Below are positions 9,598 to 22,300 of a stretch of DNA of 64,000 nt, one piece after another. The DNA is from a bacterium (lineage in GTDB: Bacteria; Patescibacteriota; Minisyncoccia; Phycocordibacterales; UBA9973), in contig JBAXSP010000001.1 in NCBI GenBank assembly GCA_037130655.1, forward strand, positions 101,830 to 165,829, given 5' to 3'. Made by a program: the position numbers and the translations under genes. The notes under the pieces are model-generated. The model was not told the origin of the DNA. It made no database searches and was given only the letters and a program-made list of their open reading frames with translations. Position 1 is the first letter of the stretch. Each line of letters begins with the position of its first letter.

Positions 9598-10302
9598 TTA
9601 TTTCTTCGTTGAAGTTGCACTTGTTGCCTCCGCGTCTTTTTTCATTTTAACAAGCGTTGGAATCAATTTTTCGATATCTGCAACAGATTTGAAGCCAGTC
9701 ACTTTTGTTTTGTCATTGATGACCAAAGTCGGAAGTTCTGTGTCTTTGATATCGTAAATACGGAGGAGTGCATTTGATGCAGAAAGATCGAGGTTGTAGT
9801 CGAATGAATACACGCGCAAATCTGGATATTTACTGCGGAGTTCGGTCAACACATATCCTTGTTTGGTACAAAGTGTACAGTTTTCAGCGGTGGTATAAAA
9901 ATAGAACACTGTTGGTGTACGTTTACCACAACGTTCTCCAATCTTTTTTGAAAGCAGGTAGTCTTTGATTTCAAGCAACGTATAGTACTTTTTCAATTCA
10001 ATAACTTCATCACTATATTTCAAATTTTGTTCACTGTAGGCAATCTTATCAGCAATTGAATTCAATTCGTCTGACAAATTTCCCTGTCCAATATCTTCAC
10101 AAGAAAGCTCTGAAAGCAATGAGTATTGCGTTTCTGAAGAGAGAATATCTGTCGCGATTTTATCTTGAACAGTGCGGATCGATTGCAGTTTTTTGTCAGT
10201 AAAAAACCCAGAAAGTGCCCCTGCAATGAGGAACAACAAGATAGTAATAACGAGCACGATGATGTATTTTTTCCAATCTACTTTGTTTTGCATAAAATTC
10301 AT
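9598..10302 (-). CDS. membrane-anchored thioredoxin-like protein (CxxC)
   Basis: 234 aa; N-terminal TM helix; ENCTLCTKQG CxxC in a thioredoxin-like C-terminal region. Confidence 0.5.
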   Translation of the reverse strand: MNFMQNKVDWKKYIIVLVITILLFLIAGALSGFFTDKKLQSIRTVQDKIATDILSSETQYSLLSELSCEDIGQGNLSDELNSIADKIAYSEQNLKYSDEVIELKKYYTLLEIKDYLLSKKIGERCGKRTPTVFYFYTTAENCTLCTKQGYVLTELRSKYPDLRVYSFDYNLDLSASNALLRIYDIKDTELPTLVINDKTKVTGFKSVADIEKLIPTLVKMKKDAEATSATSTKK

Positions 10303-10325
10303 TTTAACATTAATTCTGGTATTTT

Positions 10326-11585
10326 CTAACTGACATTACGCTCCCCTGTCCAACTTGATTCTCTAGACCAAATAGCGTTCCAAACTGACTTGAGAAGCCA
10401 CACCGGCGCCACCACAGAGTAAATGATGACAAAAAGGAAGATATCCCATGAGAGCTTCTTTCGTCCTGGAATCATCGAACGTCCATTGATCAGTGAGAAA
10501 ATGACGAGTGTGTACAAAAGAACTGAAATGAATACTGCCATCTTGGTACTGAAATAAAAGAAGTCGAAAGATACGGTACTAAATGAAAATGACAATCCAG
10601 TTGTATTGATTTGCACAGCTTTGTGTTCAATATATTTCGCCCATTGATAGAACGTGAAAGACAACATAATAATCGTTGCTGAAATCGAAATCATTCCAGA
10701 CGGAATTGTAAAGAGTCCGATGTTGCCATATTTTGAACGAAAGATTAATTCTTTGTAATCGATTGCATTCTTGATGAATCCATAAATCCATCGCACACGT
10801 TGGCGATATAATTTTGGAATTGTATTTGGACTGTTGGTGAAGACATACGCATCTGGTGCGTGTTCGATTTTGTAGCCATGCTTTTGCATACGAAGTGCAA
10901 TCTCTTGATCTTCGGTATTGTGAGCTTTGCGATACGGACCAAGGTTCTCGAACACTTCTTTTCGAAAGATTGAAAACGGACCAGGGGTCACGTGAATAGC
11001 TCCGTTGAATGCGAGCATTTTCTTCATATAGTGCCCCATATCATATTCCACTGCTTGAGCGTACTGTATGAGCGTTTTTGGGTCACGTACGACGATTGAT
11101 GGAGCGACTGCCATCGTATCTTTATCATCAAAATACGTCATAATTCGTTTCAATGCTTCTGGGTGCACTGATGAGTCAGCATCAAGACAACCGACAAAGT
11201 CAGTCGTCAAAGATGCGAGTGCATGATTGAGTGCAGTATGTTTGCCACCATTTTCTTTGGCAAAAAGTGTGATTTGTGGGTGACCGGCAAATTTACTTAC
11301 CACATCCCAAGTACCATCTTTTGAACCGTCATCAACAATACTGATTTTGAGTTTATCTGCTGGATATGAAAGCGAAAGAATTGAATTGATTGTACCCTCA
11401 ACGGTTTTTTCTTCGTTGTAACAAGGCACGACAATAGTCACACTAGGGTAAGTAGTAAGTTCAATATGTTCGGTGCGAATAAGAATATCTTTGCGACGTT
11501 CAAAAAAGGTCACCAAAAAGAAGACTTGGACGTAAACCGCCAAGAAAGCAATACAATAAAAAATGGTCGTTATGACCTGTTCCAT
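10326..11585 (-). CDS. family 2 glycosyltransferase, processive type (QxxRW; PgaC/cellulose-synthase-like)
   Basis: VVPCYNEE, DDGSKDGT, DAD, QRVRW motifs plus C-terminal TM helices. Start taken at MEQVITT; the ORF track's longer ORF to 11699 is probably an artefact. Confidence 0.8.
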   Translation of the reverse strand: MEQVITTIFYCIAFLAVYVQVFFLVTFFERRKDILIRTEHIELTTYPSVTIVVPCYNEEKTVEGTINSILSLSYPADKLKISIVDDGSKDGTWDVVSKFAGHPQITLFAKENGGKHTALNHALASLTTDFVGCLDADSSVHPEALKRIMTYFDDKDTMAVAPSIVVRDPKTLIQYAQAVEYDMGHYMKKMLAFNGAIHVTPGPFSIFRKEVFENLGPYRKAHNTEDQEIALRMQKHGYKIEHAPDAYVFTNSPNTIPKLYRQRVRWIYGFIKNAIDYKELIFRSKYGNIGLFTIPSGMISISATIIMLSFTFYQWAKYIEHKAVQINTTGLSFSFSTVSFDFFYFSTKMAVFISVLLYTLVIFSLINGRSMIPGRKKLSWDIFLFVIIYSVVAPVWLLKSVWNAIWSRESSWTGERNVS

Positions 11586-11678
11586 AGAGCTAAAATACCA
11601 TAAAAAGAGGTTATTTTCAATGCACACAACAGTACATATACACCTTGTTAAGAAATCAAATATGCTAAAATAGTCCAT

Positions 11679-12386
11679 ATGGAACAAAACAAAACACAAG
11701 ACAATTTGTCTAAAACTATCGTGCTCGTCGTACTTATTATTCTTGCGCTGGTTATTTATAAGTCACCCAAGCTTCCACCAAAAGTCACCAAGCCAGCTGA
11801 TACTCAAACACAAACAGCAAACACGGCAGACATTTTGAAATTGCGAAGTGATGACTATGCAAACGGAATCACTGCAAGTGCACAAGTTACTATTATCGAA
11901 TATTCTGATTTGGAATGTCCTTTCTGCCGACTCTTCCACGGAACATTGATGCAAGCAATGCAAAAATATCCAGGAAAAATCGTATGGGTATACAGAAATT
12001 ATCCAATTGAAAGTTTGCACAAAAAAACAAGATTTGAAACCAATGCACTAGAATGTATCGGCGGAATCGGAGGGAATACTGCTTACTGGAATGCGTTGAA
12101 TGAGATCATGGCAACAACAAAATCAAATGACGGACTTGATTTGAGCACTATTCCAACTATTGCAAAAAATGCTGGTGTGTCACAAACAGATTTCGAGCAA
12201 TGTATGACAAACAAAACCTATGACGCAAAAATAATGGCACAAGTAGCTGAAGTACAAGCGCTTGGTGTACAAGGTACTCCATTCTCTATCGTCATCAATA
12301 ATGCCACTGGCGAAACAACTCCAATAATGGGATATCAAAAGTTTGAGAAATTTGATGAGACGCTGCAAAAAATAATTAAGAATTAG
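11679..12386 (+). CDS. DsbA-family thiol:disulfide oxidoreductase (membrane-anchored)
   Basis: 235 aa; N-terminal TM helix; CPFC active site in thioredoxin fold. Confidence 0.8.
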   Translation: MEQNKTQDNLSKTIVLVVLIILALVIYKSPKLPPKVTKPADTQTQTANTADILKLRSDDYANGITASAQVTIIEYSDLECPFCRLFHGTLMQAMQKYPGKIVWVYRNYPIESLHKKTRFETNALECIGGIGGNTAYWNALNEIMATTKSNDGLDLSTIPTIAKNAGVSQTDFEQCMTNKTYDAKIMAQVAEVQALGVQGTPFSIVINNATGETTPIMGYQKFEKFDETLQKIIKN

Positions 12387-12412
12387 TAATTAATAATTAC
12401 GAATGAAAAACA

Positions 12413-12450
12413 AAAAGAGCGGAACCCGAAGGGTTCCGCTCTTTTTGTTT
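12413..12450. terminator. bidirectional intrinsic terminator (AGAGCGGAACCCGAAGGGTTCCGCTCT)
   Basis: 12-bp perfect stem, GAA loop, flanked by A-run and T-run. Confidence 0.7.
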
Positions 12451-12646
12451 ATTAAAATATATTAGTCGAAGTATCAAAATTTAAGAACAAAATTTTGATA
12501 TTGTGACGTCACTCAGACGCTGTGAATGTATGAACATTCACACGCTCCCTCTTACAGAGGCTGTACACCTTTTGGATACTTTACTTCGCTATGCTCGTAA
12601 AGATATCACAAAAGCTTCTTCATCTTAATCCCATTAAGATGAAGCG

Positions 12647-13969
12647 TTAGTCAAAATAGTTCCTCAATCTCATAATCTTTTCATTGTGTCGCAATTTGTC
12701 ATGCACCTTTGCTTCAATTTGACGGATACGTTCACGAGTGACAGCAAACTCTTTTCCAACTTCTTCGAGTGTGTGTTGTACACCATCGAGTAGCCCATAA
12801 CGCATTTCCAAAATCTTTTGTTCTTTTGGAGAAAGTTCTGCCAATACTTCACGAACTTGGTCTTGCAAGATTCTTCGAGAAGATTCTTGGTCAGGACGAA
12901 GGATCTTATCATCAGCGATGAATTCGCCGAATGTTGATTTGTCTTCATCGTCACCGATTGGTTGTTCGAGTGAACGAGTTTCTTGATTGATTTGTTCGAT
13001 TACGTGAATCTTTTCTACATCAAGATCCATTTCCATTGCGACTTCTTCAGCCAATGGTTCACGCCCCAAATCTTGTGTCAAACGACGAAGTACTTGTTTG
13101 TATTTTGAAATCGTTTCAACCATGTGCACCGGAATACGAATCGTTCGAGATTGGTCAGCCAATGCACGAGTGATTGATTGACGAATCCACCAGGTCGCAT
13201 AGGTTGAGAATTTGTAGCCTTTTGTCCAGTCGAATTTTTCAACGGCCTTGAAGAGACCGATGTTCCCTTCTTGAATCAAATCAAGCAGTGTTAGATCTGC
13301 ACTACGGTTTGAGTATTTCTTGGCGATAGACACCACGAGACGAAGGTTTGCACGAGCAAGCAACGTCTTGGCTTCAATGTCTCCTGCTTCGATGCGCTTC
13401 GCCAATTCTTTTTCTTCATTTGAATTGATCAATGGATATTGACCAATTTCCTTCAAATAAATTTGAATTGAATCATATGCAGAATCTTTGTATCTTCCGA
13501 CTTCTTTGAGCTCATTAACAGCTGCATCGATATCAAGCAAATTTCCACCTTCAAGAATATCAATACCTGCGACTTGCAACTTTTCATACAGTTCATCGAG
13601 GAACAATACATTTTGTTCAATCGTTGGAAATGTTTTCAAAATTTCGTCATAGGTAATGAATCCACGCTTCTTACCTTTTGCTACCATTTCATCTGCTTTT
13701 GCAACCAAATCTTCACCTTTTTTACCTGGCTTTGTAACAGCTTTGACAGCAGGTTTTGCAACTGGTTTTGATGAAACTTTCTTAGGAGCTACTTTTTTTG
13801 TAGGTAAAACTTTTTTCACAACAGTCTTTTTTGCTACAACTTTTTTGGTTGCTTTTGGAGCAACTTTTTTCTTTGTAACGACTTTTTTAGGAGCCACCTT
13901 TTTGGTCACCTGTTTGGTGTTTTTTGATGGAGCCTTCTTCGATTGTGTTTTTGTTTTTTTATTATTCAT
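12647..13969 (-). CDS. rpoD: RNA polymerase sigma-70 factor RpoD with N-terminal Lys/Ala/Pro/Val-rich repeat tail
   Basis: 440 aa; sigma70 regions 1.2-4 ([18 protein letters not shown], helix-turn-helix at C-terminus); first ~90 aa are KKVAPKK-type repeats. Confidence 0.9.
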   Translation of the reverse strand: MNNKKTKTQSKKAPSKNTKQVTKKVAPKKVVTKKKVAPKATKKVVAKKTVVKKVLPTKKVAPKKVSSKPVAKPAVKAVTKPGKKGEDLVAKADEMVAKGKKRGFITYDEILKTFPTIEQNVLFLDELYEKLQVAGIDILEGGNLLDIDAAVNELKEVGRYKDSAYDSIQIYLKEIGQYPLINSNEEKELAKRIEAGDIEAKTLLARANLRLVVSIAKKYSNRSADLTLLDLIQEGNIGLFKAVEKFDWTKGYKFSTYATWWIRQSITRALADQSRTIRIPVHMVETISKYKQVLRRLTQDLGREPLAEEVAMEMDLDVEKIHVIEQINQETRSLEQPIGDDEDKSTFGEFIADDKILRPDQESSRRILQDQVREVLAELSPKEQKILEMRYGLLDGVQHTLEEVGKEFAVTRERIRQIEAKVHDKLRHNEKIMRLRNYFD

Positions 13970-13991
13970 AATTATTATGTATGTCCTTTTA

Positions 13992-15680
13992 CTATACCTC
14001 GTGACGCTTATTTTTCACAAGGTCAAGAGATTGAATAACTCGATTATATTCTCCTAATAAAGACTCATCACTACTGTTACTTTTTATTGCTTGTTTGAGC
14101 AGGATACTTTTTGCAACCAATCGTTCTTCGGCAATAAACAAGATTGATTCTTTTAATGCGTTTGGAAGAACGTTTTTGTTTGTACTAAATTCCGCTTCAC
14201 TAATCAACACTTCTTTTTCATTTTCAAATGTTGAAAGAAATTCTATTACATCACTATCCAAAAACGTTTTCATCAATTCGGCAACAGCATCTTTTTTGAC
14301 CATCTCCAATTCTTCGTTCCAAAAAAGATATCCTGCAAGTATCCGTTCTCGGTCAATTGATGACAACTTTTTTCGTTCATCAATCTTAGGAGCTGTCGGT
14401 GTACTTGGTACAACATATTCGTTGATAACTTGTACGATATCTGCATCAGACAAATCAACAGCACGGGCTAATATATTCGTATAGTGTGCCCGCTCCATCG
14501 CCCCTGGAATTGTTCTCACATACGGAACAATTTTGCTTGCAACATATTTTCGAAGCTCATGAATATCTTTGATTGATCCTTTTGCAAAATCAATCAACGC
14601 ATCAATCACTGGTCGACTCGCATCAATCAAAGAAACAAACGCTTCTTTGTCTGCGATGACCATATCAGCTGGATCTTTGCCATCTTTGAGAAAAACTACT
14701 TTTGTATCACATCCAAGTGAAAGTGATTTCATAATACTTTTTTCAGAAGCAGCCATTCCTGCTGTATCACCATCGAAACAAAAAACAATATTATCCGTGA
14801 AGCGTTTGAGTAGATTGATGTGATTGTCAGTCAATGCAGTTCCTGAAACACCAACGGTTTCTGTTAGCCCTGCTTGATGACACAAAATCACATCCATTTG
14901 TCCTTCGACTACCACTGCTCGTTTTTTCAAACGAATATTATTTTTGGCTTTGTCATACGCAAACAAGATGTCTGATTTATGGAACAACGCCGTTTCGGGA
15001 GAATTCACATACTTGGCCGGCGTGTTTCCGGTCGAAACACCAGAGACAACGAGGGCCGGAAGAATGCGTCCAGTAAATGCAACGACACGACCTTGTGTAT
15101 CTGCAATCGGAAACATAATTCTTCCACGAAAACGGTCATAAATTCCCTTTTCAGTTTTGATTGCGAGTCCTGACAAAACGAGTTGTGCATCGGTATAACC
15201 TTTGCCTCGCAAATAAGTTGTCAGTGCACGCCAATCATCTGGTGCATAACCAACAGAAAACTGTTTGATTGTTTCTTCTGTTAATCCTCGTTCTTTGAGA
15301 TACGTTGCAACATCAGTATTCAAATTGCCAACAAAGAAATTTGTCGCTTCTTCCAAAATACTAAATAAGTTTTTTGAATCGTCAGCACTTTTTTCTTTGT
15401 ATTCAATTTTGACACCGGCACGTTCTGCCAATAGTTTCAATGCGTCTTTGAAAGCAATACCTTCCATTTCTTCTACGAAAGAAAAGATATCTCCCCCTTT
15501 TCCGCAACCAAAACAATGGTACGTATTTCGGTCTGGTGACAAATAGAAAGACGGTGTCTTTTCGTTATGAAAAGGACATCGTGCTTTCAATCGATTGCCG
15601 GAATTCTCAACACTAATATAGCCTGAGACAACGTCGACAATTGAGAGTCGTTCTTTTATTTGCCGGACAGCGTCAGGCAT
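13992..15680 (-). CDS. dnaG: DNA primase
   Basis: 562 aa; [11 protein letters not shown]...YHCFGCG zinc finger, Toprim domain (EGQMDV, DGDTAG). Confidence 0.9.
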   Translation of the reverse strand: MPDAVRQIKERLSIVDVVSGYISVENSGNRLKARCPFHNEKTPSFYLSPDRNTYHCFGCGKGGDIFSFVEEMEGIAFKDALKLLAERAGVKIEYKEKSADDSKNLFSILEEATNFFVGNLNTDVATYLKERGLTEETIKQFSVGYAPDDWRALTTYLRGKGYTDAQLVLSGLAIKTEKGIYDRFRGRIMFPIADTQGRVVAFTGRILPALVVSGVSTGNTPAKYVNSPETALFHKSDILFAYDKAKNNIRLKKRAVVVEGQMDVILCHQAGLTETVGVSGTALTDNHINLLKRFTDNIVFCFDGDTAGMAASEKSIMKSLSLGCDTKVVFLKDGKDPADMVIADKEAFVSLIDASRPVIDALIDFAKGSIKDIHELRKYVASKIVPYVRTIPGAMERAHYTNILARAVDLSDADIVQVINEYVVPSTPTAPKIDERKKLSSIDRERILAGYLFWNEELEMVKKDAVAELMKTFLDSDVIEFLSTFENEKEVLISEAEFSTNKNVLPNALKESILFIAEERLVAKSILLKQAIKSNSSDESLLGEYNRVIQSLDLVKNKRHEV

Positions 15681-15688
15681 AAGAGAAG

Positions 15689-18600
15689 CTATTCGTTTTC
15701 TTCTACTACCTTCACAGGAGTACTGTCTTTTTGACTAAAGCCAGTTCCTGCAGGTATCAAGCGACCTACGATCACGTTTTCTTTCAAACCACGAAGATCA
15801 TCATCAGAACCTTTGAGGGCACTGTTGATCAAAATACGGTTTGTGTTTTGGAAAGACGCAGCTGACAACCAACTCTTCGTCTTCAAAGCTGTTTCAGTGA
15901 TACCAAGAATCATTACTTCAGCAGTAGCTTCTTTGCCACCTTCTTTGACTGCACGATTGTTTTCTTCAAACAATTCTGCCATTTCAACAATATCTCCTGG
16001 TGACAATGCAGTATCTCCAGCATCAGTAACACGGCGACGTGAGAACATCAAACGAATAATAATTTCAGTGTGCTTACGAGAAATAGATGCGCCTTGCACT
16101 TCATACACTTTGTTGATTTCGTTCAAGATGTAGTCTTCAGCAACTTGTTTGCCTCCGTACTTGAAGATTTCTTCAATGTTTGCAGAACCGTCAGTCAATA
16201 CTTGTCCAGGTGCTACACGAGAACCACTTTTAACGATTGGTGTACGTGGGTACGAAACAACATATTCAACTTGATTACTCTTACCGTCATGTTTTGTATC
16301 AGAAAGAACAACGATTGTTTTTTCAGGACCAGTACCACGAACTTCCAATACTTCACCAGCTGTTCTTGAAACAATTGCTGGGTGACGAGGTGCGCGACGT
16401 TCGAAGATTTCTTCAACACGAGGCAAACCTGCGGTAATATCGAGACCCGCCAAACCTCCGGCGTGGAAAGTACGAAGTGTCAACTGTGTACCTGGTTCAC
16501 CGATCGCTTGTGCAGCCACAATACCAACAGCTTCTCCGAGATCAACAAGATGATTTCTTCCAAGATCAAGACCGTAACACATCTGACAGAGTCCGTATGT
16601 TGTCTTACAGTTGAGCGGTGTGCGAACCAATACTGATTCAACTCCAGCTGCTTCAATCTTGTTTGCATCAGCACGCATCAAGAGTGTTCCTTTTTTGTAC
16701 AATGTTGCACCAGTTGCATCTTTGACATCTTCCAAAGTTACGCGACCGATAAGTCCTTTTGAAAGTGGTACTTCTAGTCCAGAAATAACTTCTTTTGTTA
16801 CTTTCTTTCCTTCTTTTGTTCCACAATCATGTTCAGTCACCATCATATCTTGTGACACATCAACAAGACGACGTGTAAGGTATCCGGCTTTTGCAGTGTT
16901 CAAAGCTGTGTCAGAAAGACCTTTACGAGAACCGTGAGTTGTAATGAAGTATTCAATCGGAGAAAGACCTTCGATGAATGATGGGATAACAGGGAATTCA
17001 ATAGTTCGTCCTTGGTTGTTTTGGATCAAACCTTTCATACCTGCCATTTGAGTCAAGTTAGACATTGTTCCTCGAGCTCCTGAGTGAATCATATCGTAAT
17101 ATGAACCAGTTGGACTCACTGTTTGTGGAAGCAATTTTTCAACTTCTTTTTTCGCTTGTTCCCATACTTCAATCACCATTTGGTATTTTTCTTCTCCAGA
17201 CAAAAGACCTTCTTCAAATTGCGCATTGATTTCATCTTGTTTTTTACGTCCAGCAGCAATAACAGTTGCTTTTCCTTCTGGTACAAAGACACTGTCGATA
17301 GCCCAAGTTGTTCCTGATTTCATTGCGTATTTGAAACCGAAGTCCTTGATTTTATCAAGCACGACTGGAGTTTGTTCAAATCCATATGACACCACAATAC
17401 GATCAAGTACTGCAGGCAATTTCTTTGTACTCATTTCATCATTAACGAATGGGAAATCTTCTGGGAAGACTGAGTTGAACAACAATCGTCCAACAGATGT
17501 TTCAAATAGTTCACCATTGTATTGTGAGTATTTCGCATCTTTGTTTCCGCGAACTTTGATTTTTGCACGCATACCAACCATTCCATGGTCATACGCAAGC
17601 ATTGCTTCTTTTGGATTTCCAAAAACTTTTCCTTCACCTTTTTCACCTTCAACGTTCTTTGTCATCCAGTAAATACCCAAAATAATTTCAAGCATTTTTG
17701 CTGACGCAATCGGATCTCCGTTTTGTGGTTTCAACAAGTTTTTGTGAGCAGCCATCAATGTTGCAGCTTCATCTTGTGATTCTTTTGAAAGTGGTACGTA
17801 TACCGCCATTTGGTCACCGTCGAAGTCGGCGTTGAAGCCAGTACAAACGAGTGGGTGCAATTGAATAGCATTTCCTTCAATCAATTTTGGTTGGAAGGCT
17901 TGAATACCAAGTCGGTGCAATGTTGGCGCACGGTTCAAAAGAACGTATTTACCAGCAATCACTTCATCAAGAATCGCCCATACTTCAGGAACACGATCTT
18001 CGATCAATTTGTTTGCTCCACGAATGTTGTATGCCAATTCACCTGCAAGAATTTTTGCAATCACGAATGGTCGGAACAATTCAAGTGCCATATGTTTCGG
18101 CAATCCACATTGGTTGAGTTTCAATGTTGGACCAACAACGATAACAGAACGTCCTGAGTAGTCCACACGTTTTCCAAGCAAGTTTTGACGGAACAAACCT
18201 TGTTTTGACTTCAAGTTGTCAGCCAAAGATTTCAATGCACGCTTTTGACTTTGGTTCACCGCAGCACCTGCTGATGCTCCCATTGAGTTGTCGACAAGTG
18301 CGTCAACCGCTTCTTGCAAAATACGTTTTTCGTTACGCAAGATCACATCTGGCGCACCGATTTCTTTCAATTTCTTCAAACGATTGTTTCTGTTGATAAC
18401 ACGTCGGTACAGGTCGTTCAAATCAGAAGTTGCGTGACGTCCACCTTCAAGTGCAACCATTGGGCGCAATGCTGGTGGGATCACTGGCAACATTGTAAGG
18501 AACATCCATTCAGGACGAACTTGTGCAGAAATCATTCCACGAAGGAGTGACAAACGCTTTTGCAATTTTTCACGATCAACAGAGTTTGCTGTTTCAAGTG

Positions 18601-19309
18601 ATTTGATTACAGAATCACGAAGTTCAACCAAGTCGATTGTCTTGAACAAATTGTGAATCGCTTCAGCACCAATCGATGCTTCGAAACAAGTTCCATATTT
18701 CAATGAGTAACTGTGGTATTGCATTTCGTTCAACACTTTTCCAGGTACGAGTTCAACAATCTCTTTCTTTGATTGCATAAACAAATCTTTCAATTTGTCT
18801 TTTGTATCTTCATCGTTTGCAAGCTTGATTTTGTTCTTGTATTCATTTTCAAGCTCTTTGATCATTCGTTCTTTTTCTCCTGCATCAGCTTTGATGACGA
18901 TGTATCCAGCGAAGTACACAACCTTTTCAAGTTCATTGATTGGCACACCAAGGAGTGTTGCCATACGTGATGGCACACCTTTCAAGAACCAAATGTGTGC
19001 AACAGGGGATGCGAGTTCGATGTGACCCATACGTTCACGTCGAACAATAGCGCGAGTTACTTCAACACCACATTTTTCACACACGATACCAGCATAACGA
19101 ATACGCTTGTATTTTCCACAGTAACATTCGTAATCCTTTTCAGGACCAAAGATTTTTTCATCGAACAATCCTCCACGTTCTGAACGTCCAGTACGATAAT
19201 TGATTGTTTCTGGTTTGGTAACTTCACCGTATGACCATTCCAAAATGTTTTCTGGAGAAGCCAAGGTGATACCAATACTATTGAAGTCTGTTGTATCTAA
19301 TGTTTTCAT
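15689..19309 (-). CDS. rpoC: DNA-directed RNA polymerase subunit beta-prime
   Basis: 1206 aa; [14 protein letters not shown] catalytic motif, zinc-binding CxxC N-terminus. Confidence 0.95.
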   Translation of the reverse strand: MKTLDTTDFNSIGITLASPENILEWSYGEVTKPETINYRTGRSERGGLFDEKIFGPEKDYECYCGKYKRIRYAGIVCEKCGVEVTRAIVRRERMGHIELASPVAHIWFLKGVPSRMATLLGVPINELEKVVYFAGYIVIKADAGEKERMIKELENEYKNKIKLANDEDTKDKLKDLFMQSKKEIVELVPGKVLNEMQYHSYSLKYGTCFEASIGAEAIHNLFKTIDLVELRDSVIKSLETANSVDREKLQKRLSLLRGMISAQVRPEWMFLTMLPVIPPALRPMVALEGGRHATSDLNDLYRRVINRNNRLKKLKEIGAPDVILRNEKRILQEAVDALVDNSMGASAGAAVNQSQKRALKSLADNLKSKQGLFRQNLLGKRVDYSGRSVIVVGPTLKLNQCGLPKHMALELFRPFVIAKILAGELAYNIRGANKLIEDRVPEVWAILDEVIAGKYVLLNRAPTLHRLGIQAFQPKLIEGNAIQLHPLVCTGFNADFDGDQMAVYVPLSKESQDEAATLMAAHKNLLKPQNGDPIASAKMLEIILGIYWMTKNVEGEKGEGKVFGNPKEAMLAYDHGMVGMRAKIKVRGNKDAKYSQYNGELFETSVGRLLFNSVFPEDFPFVNDEMSTKKLPAVLDRIVVSYGFEQTPVVLDKIKDFGFKYAMKSGTTWAIDSVFVPEGKATVIAAGRKKQDEINAQFEEGLLSGEEKYQMVIEVWEQAKKEVEKLLPQTVSPTGSYYDMIHSGARGTMSNLTQMAGMKGLIQNNQGRTIEFPVIPSFIEGLSPIEYFITTHGSRKGLSDTALNTAKAGYLTRRLVDVSQDMMVTEHDCGTKEGKKVTKEVISGLEVPLSKGLIGRVTLEDVKDATGATLYKKGTLLMRADANKIEAAGVESVLVRTPLNCKTTYGLCQMCYGLDLGRNHLVDLGEAVGIVAAQAIGEPGTQLTLRTFHAGGLAGLDITAGLPRVEEIFERRAPRHPAIVSRTAGEVLEVRGTGPEKTIVVLSDTKHDGKSNQVEYVVSYPRTPIVKSGSRVAPGQVLTDGSANIEEIFKYGGKQVAEDYILNEINKVYEVQGASISRKHTEIIIRLMFSRRRVTDAGDTALSPGDIVEMAELFEENNRAVKEGGKEATAEVMILGITETALKTKSWLSAASFQNTNRILINSALKGSDDDLRGLKENVIVGRLIPAGTGFSQKDSTPVKVVEENE

Positions 19310-19318
19310 ATAATAAGA

Positions 19319-22300
19319 TTATTTTTTCTTTTTAAGATTGATATGAAGTGCAAGACCTCGTAGGTAGTTCAACATCACACTAAACGATGCCGGAGCATTT
19401 GGTTGTGGTAATGGTTCACCTTTGATAATTGCATCATATGTTGCTGAACGACCCAAAATATCATCAGACTTCACTGTAATCATTTCGCGAAGGACGTGTG
19501 ATACACCGTACCCTTCCAAAGCCCAGACTTCCATTTCTCCAAAACGTTGTCCTCCACCTTGAGCTTTACCGCCGAGTGGTTGTTGTGTAATGAGAGAGTA
19601 GGGACCAATCGAACGCATATGGATCTTGTCTTCCACCATGTGGTGCAGCTTCAAGATGTACATATAGCCGACTGCGATTTCATTTTCAAATTGTTCACCA
19701 GTACGTCCATCAAAGAGTGGGATGCGTCCGTGTTCAGGAAGACCAACATTACCCAATTCTTTCATAATTTCTGGAGCAGTTGCACCTCCAAAGATTGGCA
19801 CTACCGCTTGGTAATTCCCTTCTTGTGCTGCCATTCCCAAGTGAAGTTCCAAGACTTGTCCCAAGTTCATACGAGATGGCACACCGAGCGGTGTAAGCAC
19901 CACGTCGACAGGAGTTCCGTCTGCCATATATGGCATATCTTCTTCTGGAAGAACGACTGAGATAACACCTTTGTTTCCGTGACGTCCTGCAAGTTTGTCA
20001 CCGACAGAAATGTTTCGAATTTGTGCAACAGTAATAATAATTTTTTTGATGATACCAGATTCAAGATTATGTCCTTGTTCTCGAGAGAAAATACGCACAC
20101 CGACAACACGTCCACGTGCACCTTTGTCCAAACGCATTGATGTATCTTTTACATCACGAGCTTTTTCGGCAAAGATAGATCGGAGCAAACGTTCTTCTGG
20201 AGTCAATTCTGTTTCGCCTTTTGGTGTAATTTTTCCAACCAAGATATCACCTTCGCGGAGTTCAGCACCAACACGAACGATTCCGTCTTCATCCAAGTCT
20301 TTCAATTTGACTTCACCGACGTTTGGAATATCACGAGTAGTTACTTCGGGGCCAAGCTTTGTGTCGCGAACAGTACAAACATACTCTTCGATGTGCACTG
20401 AAGTGAATTTACTATTTTTGATCAATCGTTCTGAGATGATAATCGCATCTTCGTAGTTTTGACCGTTCCATGGCATGAATGCAACGAAAGCGTTTTGACC
20501 GATTGCCATTTGTCCACCATCGGTTGATGAAGCGTCAGCAATGACCATTCCTTTCTTCAATTTTTGCCCCATAGACACGATTGGTCGTTGGTTGAATGCA
20601 TTGAATCCGTTTGTTTGTGAGAATGATTTCAATGTTTGTGTGTGTTTCTTGCCTTGTTTGTCTTCGATGATAACTTTTGCAGAATCAACGTGAACAACTT
20701 CACCATCAACTGCTGCGAGCACCATACGTCCACAGTCTTTTGCTGCGAGTTCTTCCATACCTGTTGAAACAAGTGGAGCTTCTGGGCGAATACATGGTAC
20801 CGCTTGGCGTTGCATGTTTGATCCCATGAGTGAACGGTTCGCGTCATCGTGATCGAGGAACGGAATCATAGAAGCCGCAATAGAGAATGGTTGGTTTGTT
20901 GCAACGTCTACGAAGTGTAGATCTGTTGGCTTTACCAAACCTGGAATTGTTTTGACACGAGCACCAACATATTCGTCAGTGATTACACCTTTATCATCGT
21001 AGTTCAATGCTGCATGAGCAATAGTGTATTCTTCTTCTTCAAGCGCGTTCAAATACACGATTTCACTCGTGATTTTTCCGTTCTTTACTTTTGCATATGG
21101 AGTTTCGATAATACCGAACTCATTGATCTTTGCGTATGTTGCAAGGTGAACAACGAGACCGATGTTTGGACCTTCAGGAGTTTGAATCGGACACACACGT
21201 CCATAGTGAGAAGTGTGCACGTCACGAACTTCAAGTGAAGCGCGTTCACGAGTAAGTCCTCCAGAACCGAGTGCTGAAAGACGGCGCAAGTGTTCTGTTT
21301 CTGCCAAGACGTTTTCTTGGTCCATGAATTGTGACAATTGGTTTGTGGTGAAAAATTCTTTGATACGAGCTTGGAGTGGGCGTTGGTTGATGATTTGCAT
21401 TGGCATTGCAGTTGCAACATCAATCGTAGACATACGGTCTTGTACGTTACGCTTGATTTGTGTCATACCGACACGAACCTTTGCTTGAATCATTTCTCCC
21501 ATAAACTTCACGCGACGCTTTCCAAGGTGATCGATATCATCAGGTTTTGCATTTGGTGTAATGTTCAATGTCAGTGTGTGGGACACGATCATTGCCAAAT
21601 CTTCCTTTGTCAAAAGTTTTTGTTCGAGTGCTTTTTTGTCAGTAGGTTTACCGAGTTGTTGGTTGAGACGAAAACGTCCAACTGGAGAGATGTCATATCG
21701 GTCAGCTCCGAAAAGTGAGTCGATATATCCTTTTGCGTTATCAGCAGTTGCAAGATCTCCATCACGCAAACGCTTGTAGATTTCTACATAAGAATCATTC
21801 AAATTCTTTGCAGTGTCTTTTTCAATAGAAAGTGCAATCAAAGCTTCGTGCTTTGTACCTGCAAATGCCTTCATAATAGCTTCATCAGTATGGTAACCCA
21901 TAACGCGAAGCAGTGAAGTGATAGGGAACTTGCGTTTTTTGTCGATACGAACAGCAAGTGTTCCGTCTTGTTCAGTTTCAATTTCCATCCATACTCCACG
22001 AGCAGGAATTACTTTTGCACCGAATACGCGTTTTCCTTTCAAGTCTTGGTCAATGAAGAACACACCAGCAGAACGAGCAAGTTGTGGCACGATAACACGT
22101 TCCACACCATTGATCACGAATGTTCCACGAGTAGTCATCATTGGCAAATCAGACAAGAAAATTTCTTGTTCTTTTGTAGAACCAGTGATTTTATTCAAAA
22201 GACGAAAACGAACTTTGATTGGCACTTCGTATGTCAACTTGTTGATACGTGCATGCTCTTCATCAAATTTCGGTTCACCGATAGTGAACGAAACAATTTC

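Noticed and set aside
10326-11699. Long N-terminal extension of the GT2 ORF (MCFVLFHMDYF...) overlapping the divergent DsbA start
   Set aside because: Extension is hydrophobic junk preceding a good internal start (MEQVITT) and would overlap the divergent gene's start and promoter. Shorter start preferred.
15813-19275. Numerous 60-150-aa ORFs on the plus strand inside rpoC/rpoB and antisense ORFs inside proS, dnaG, gyrB, the helicase gene and other large genes
   Set aside because: They overlap well-supported conserved genes on the opposite strand, have low-complexity composition and no motifs; considered spurious.
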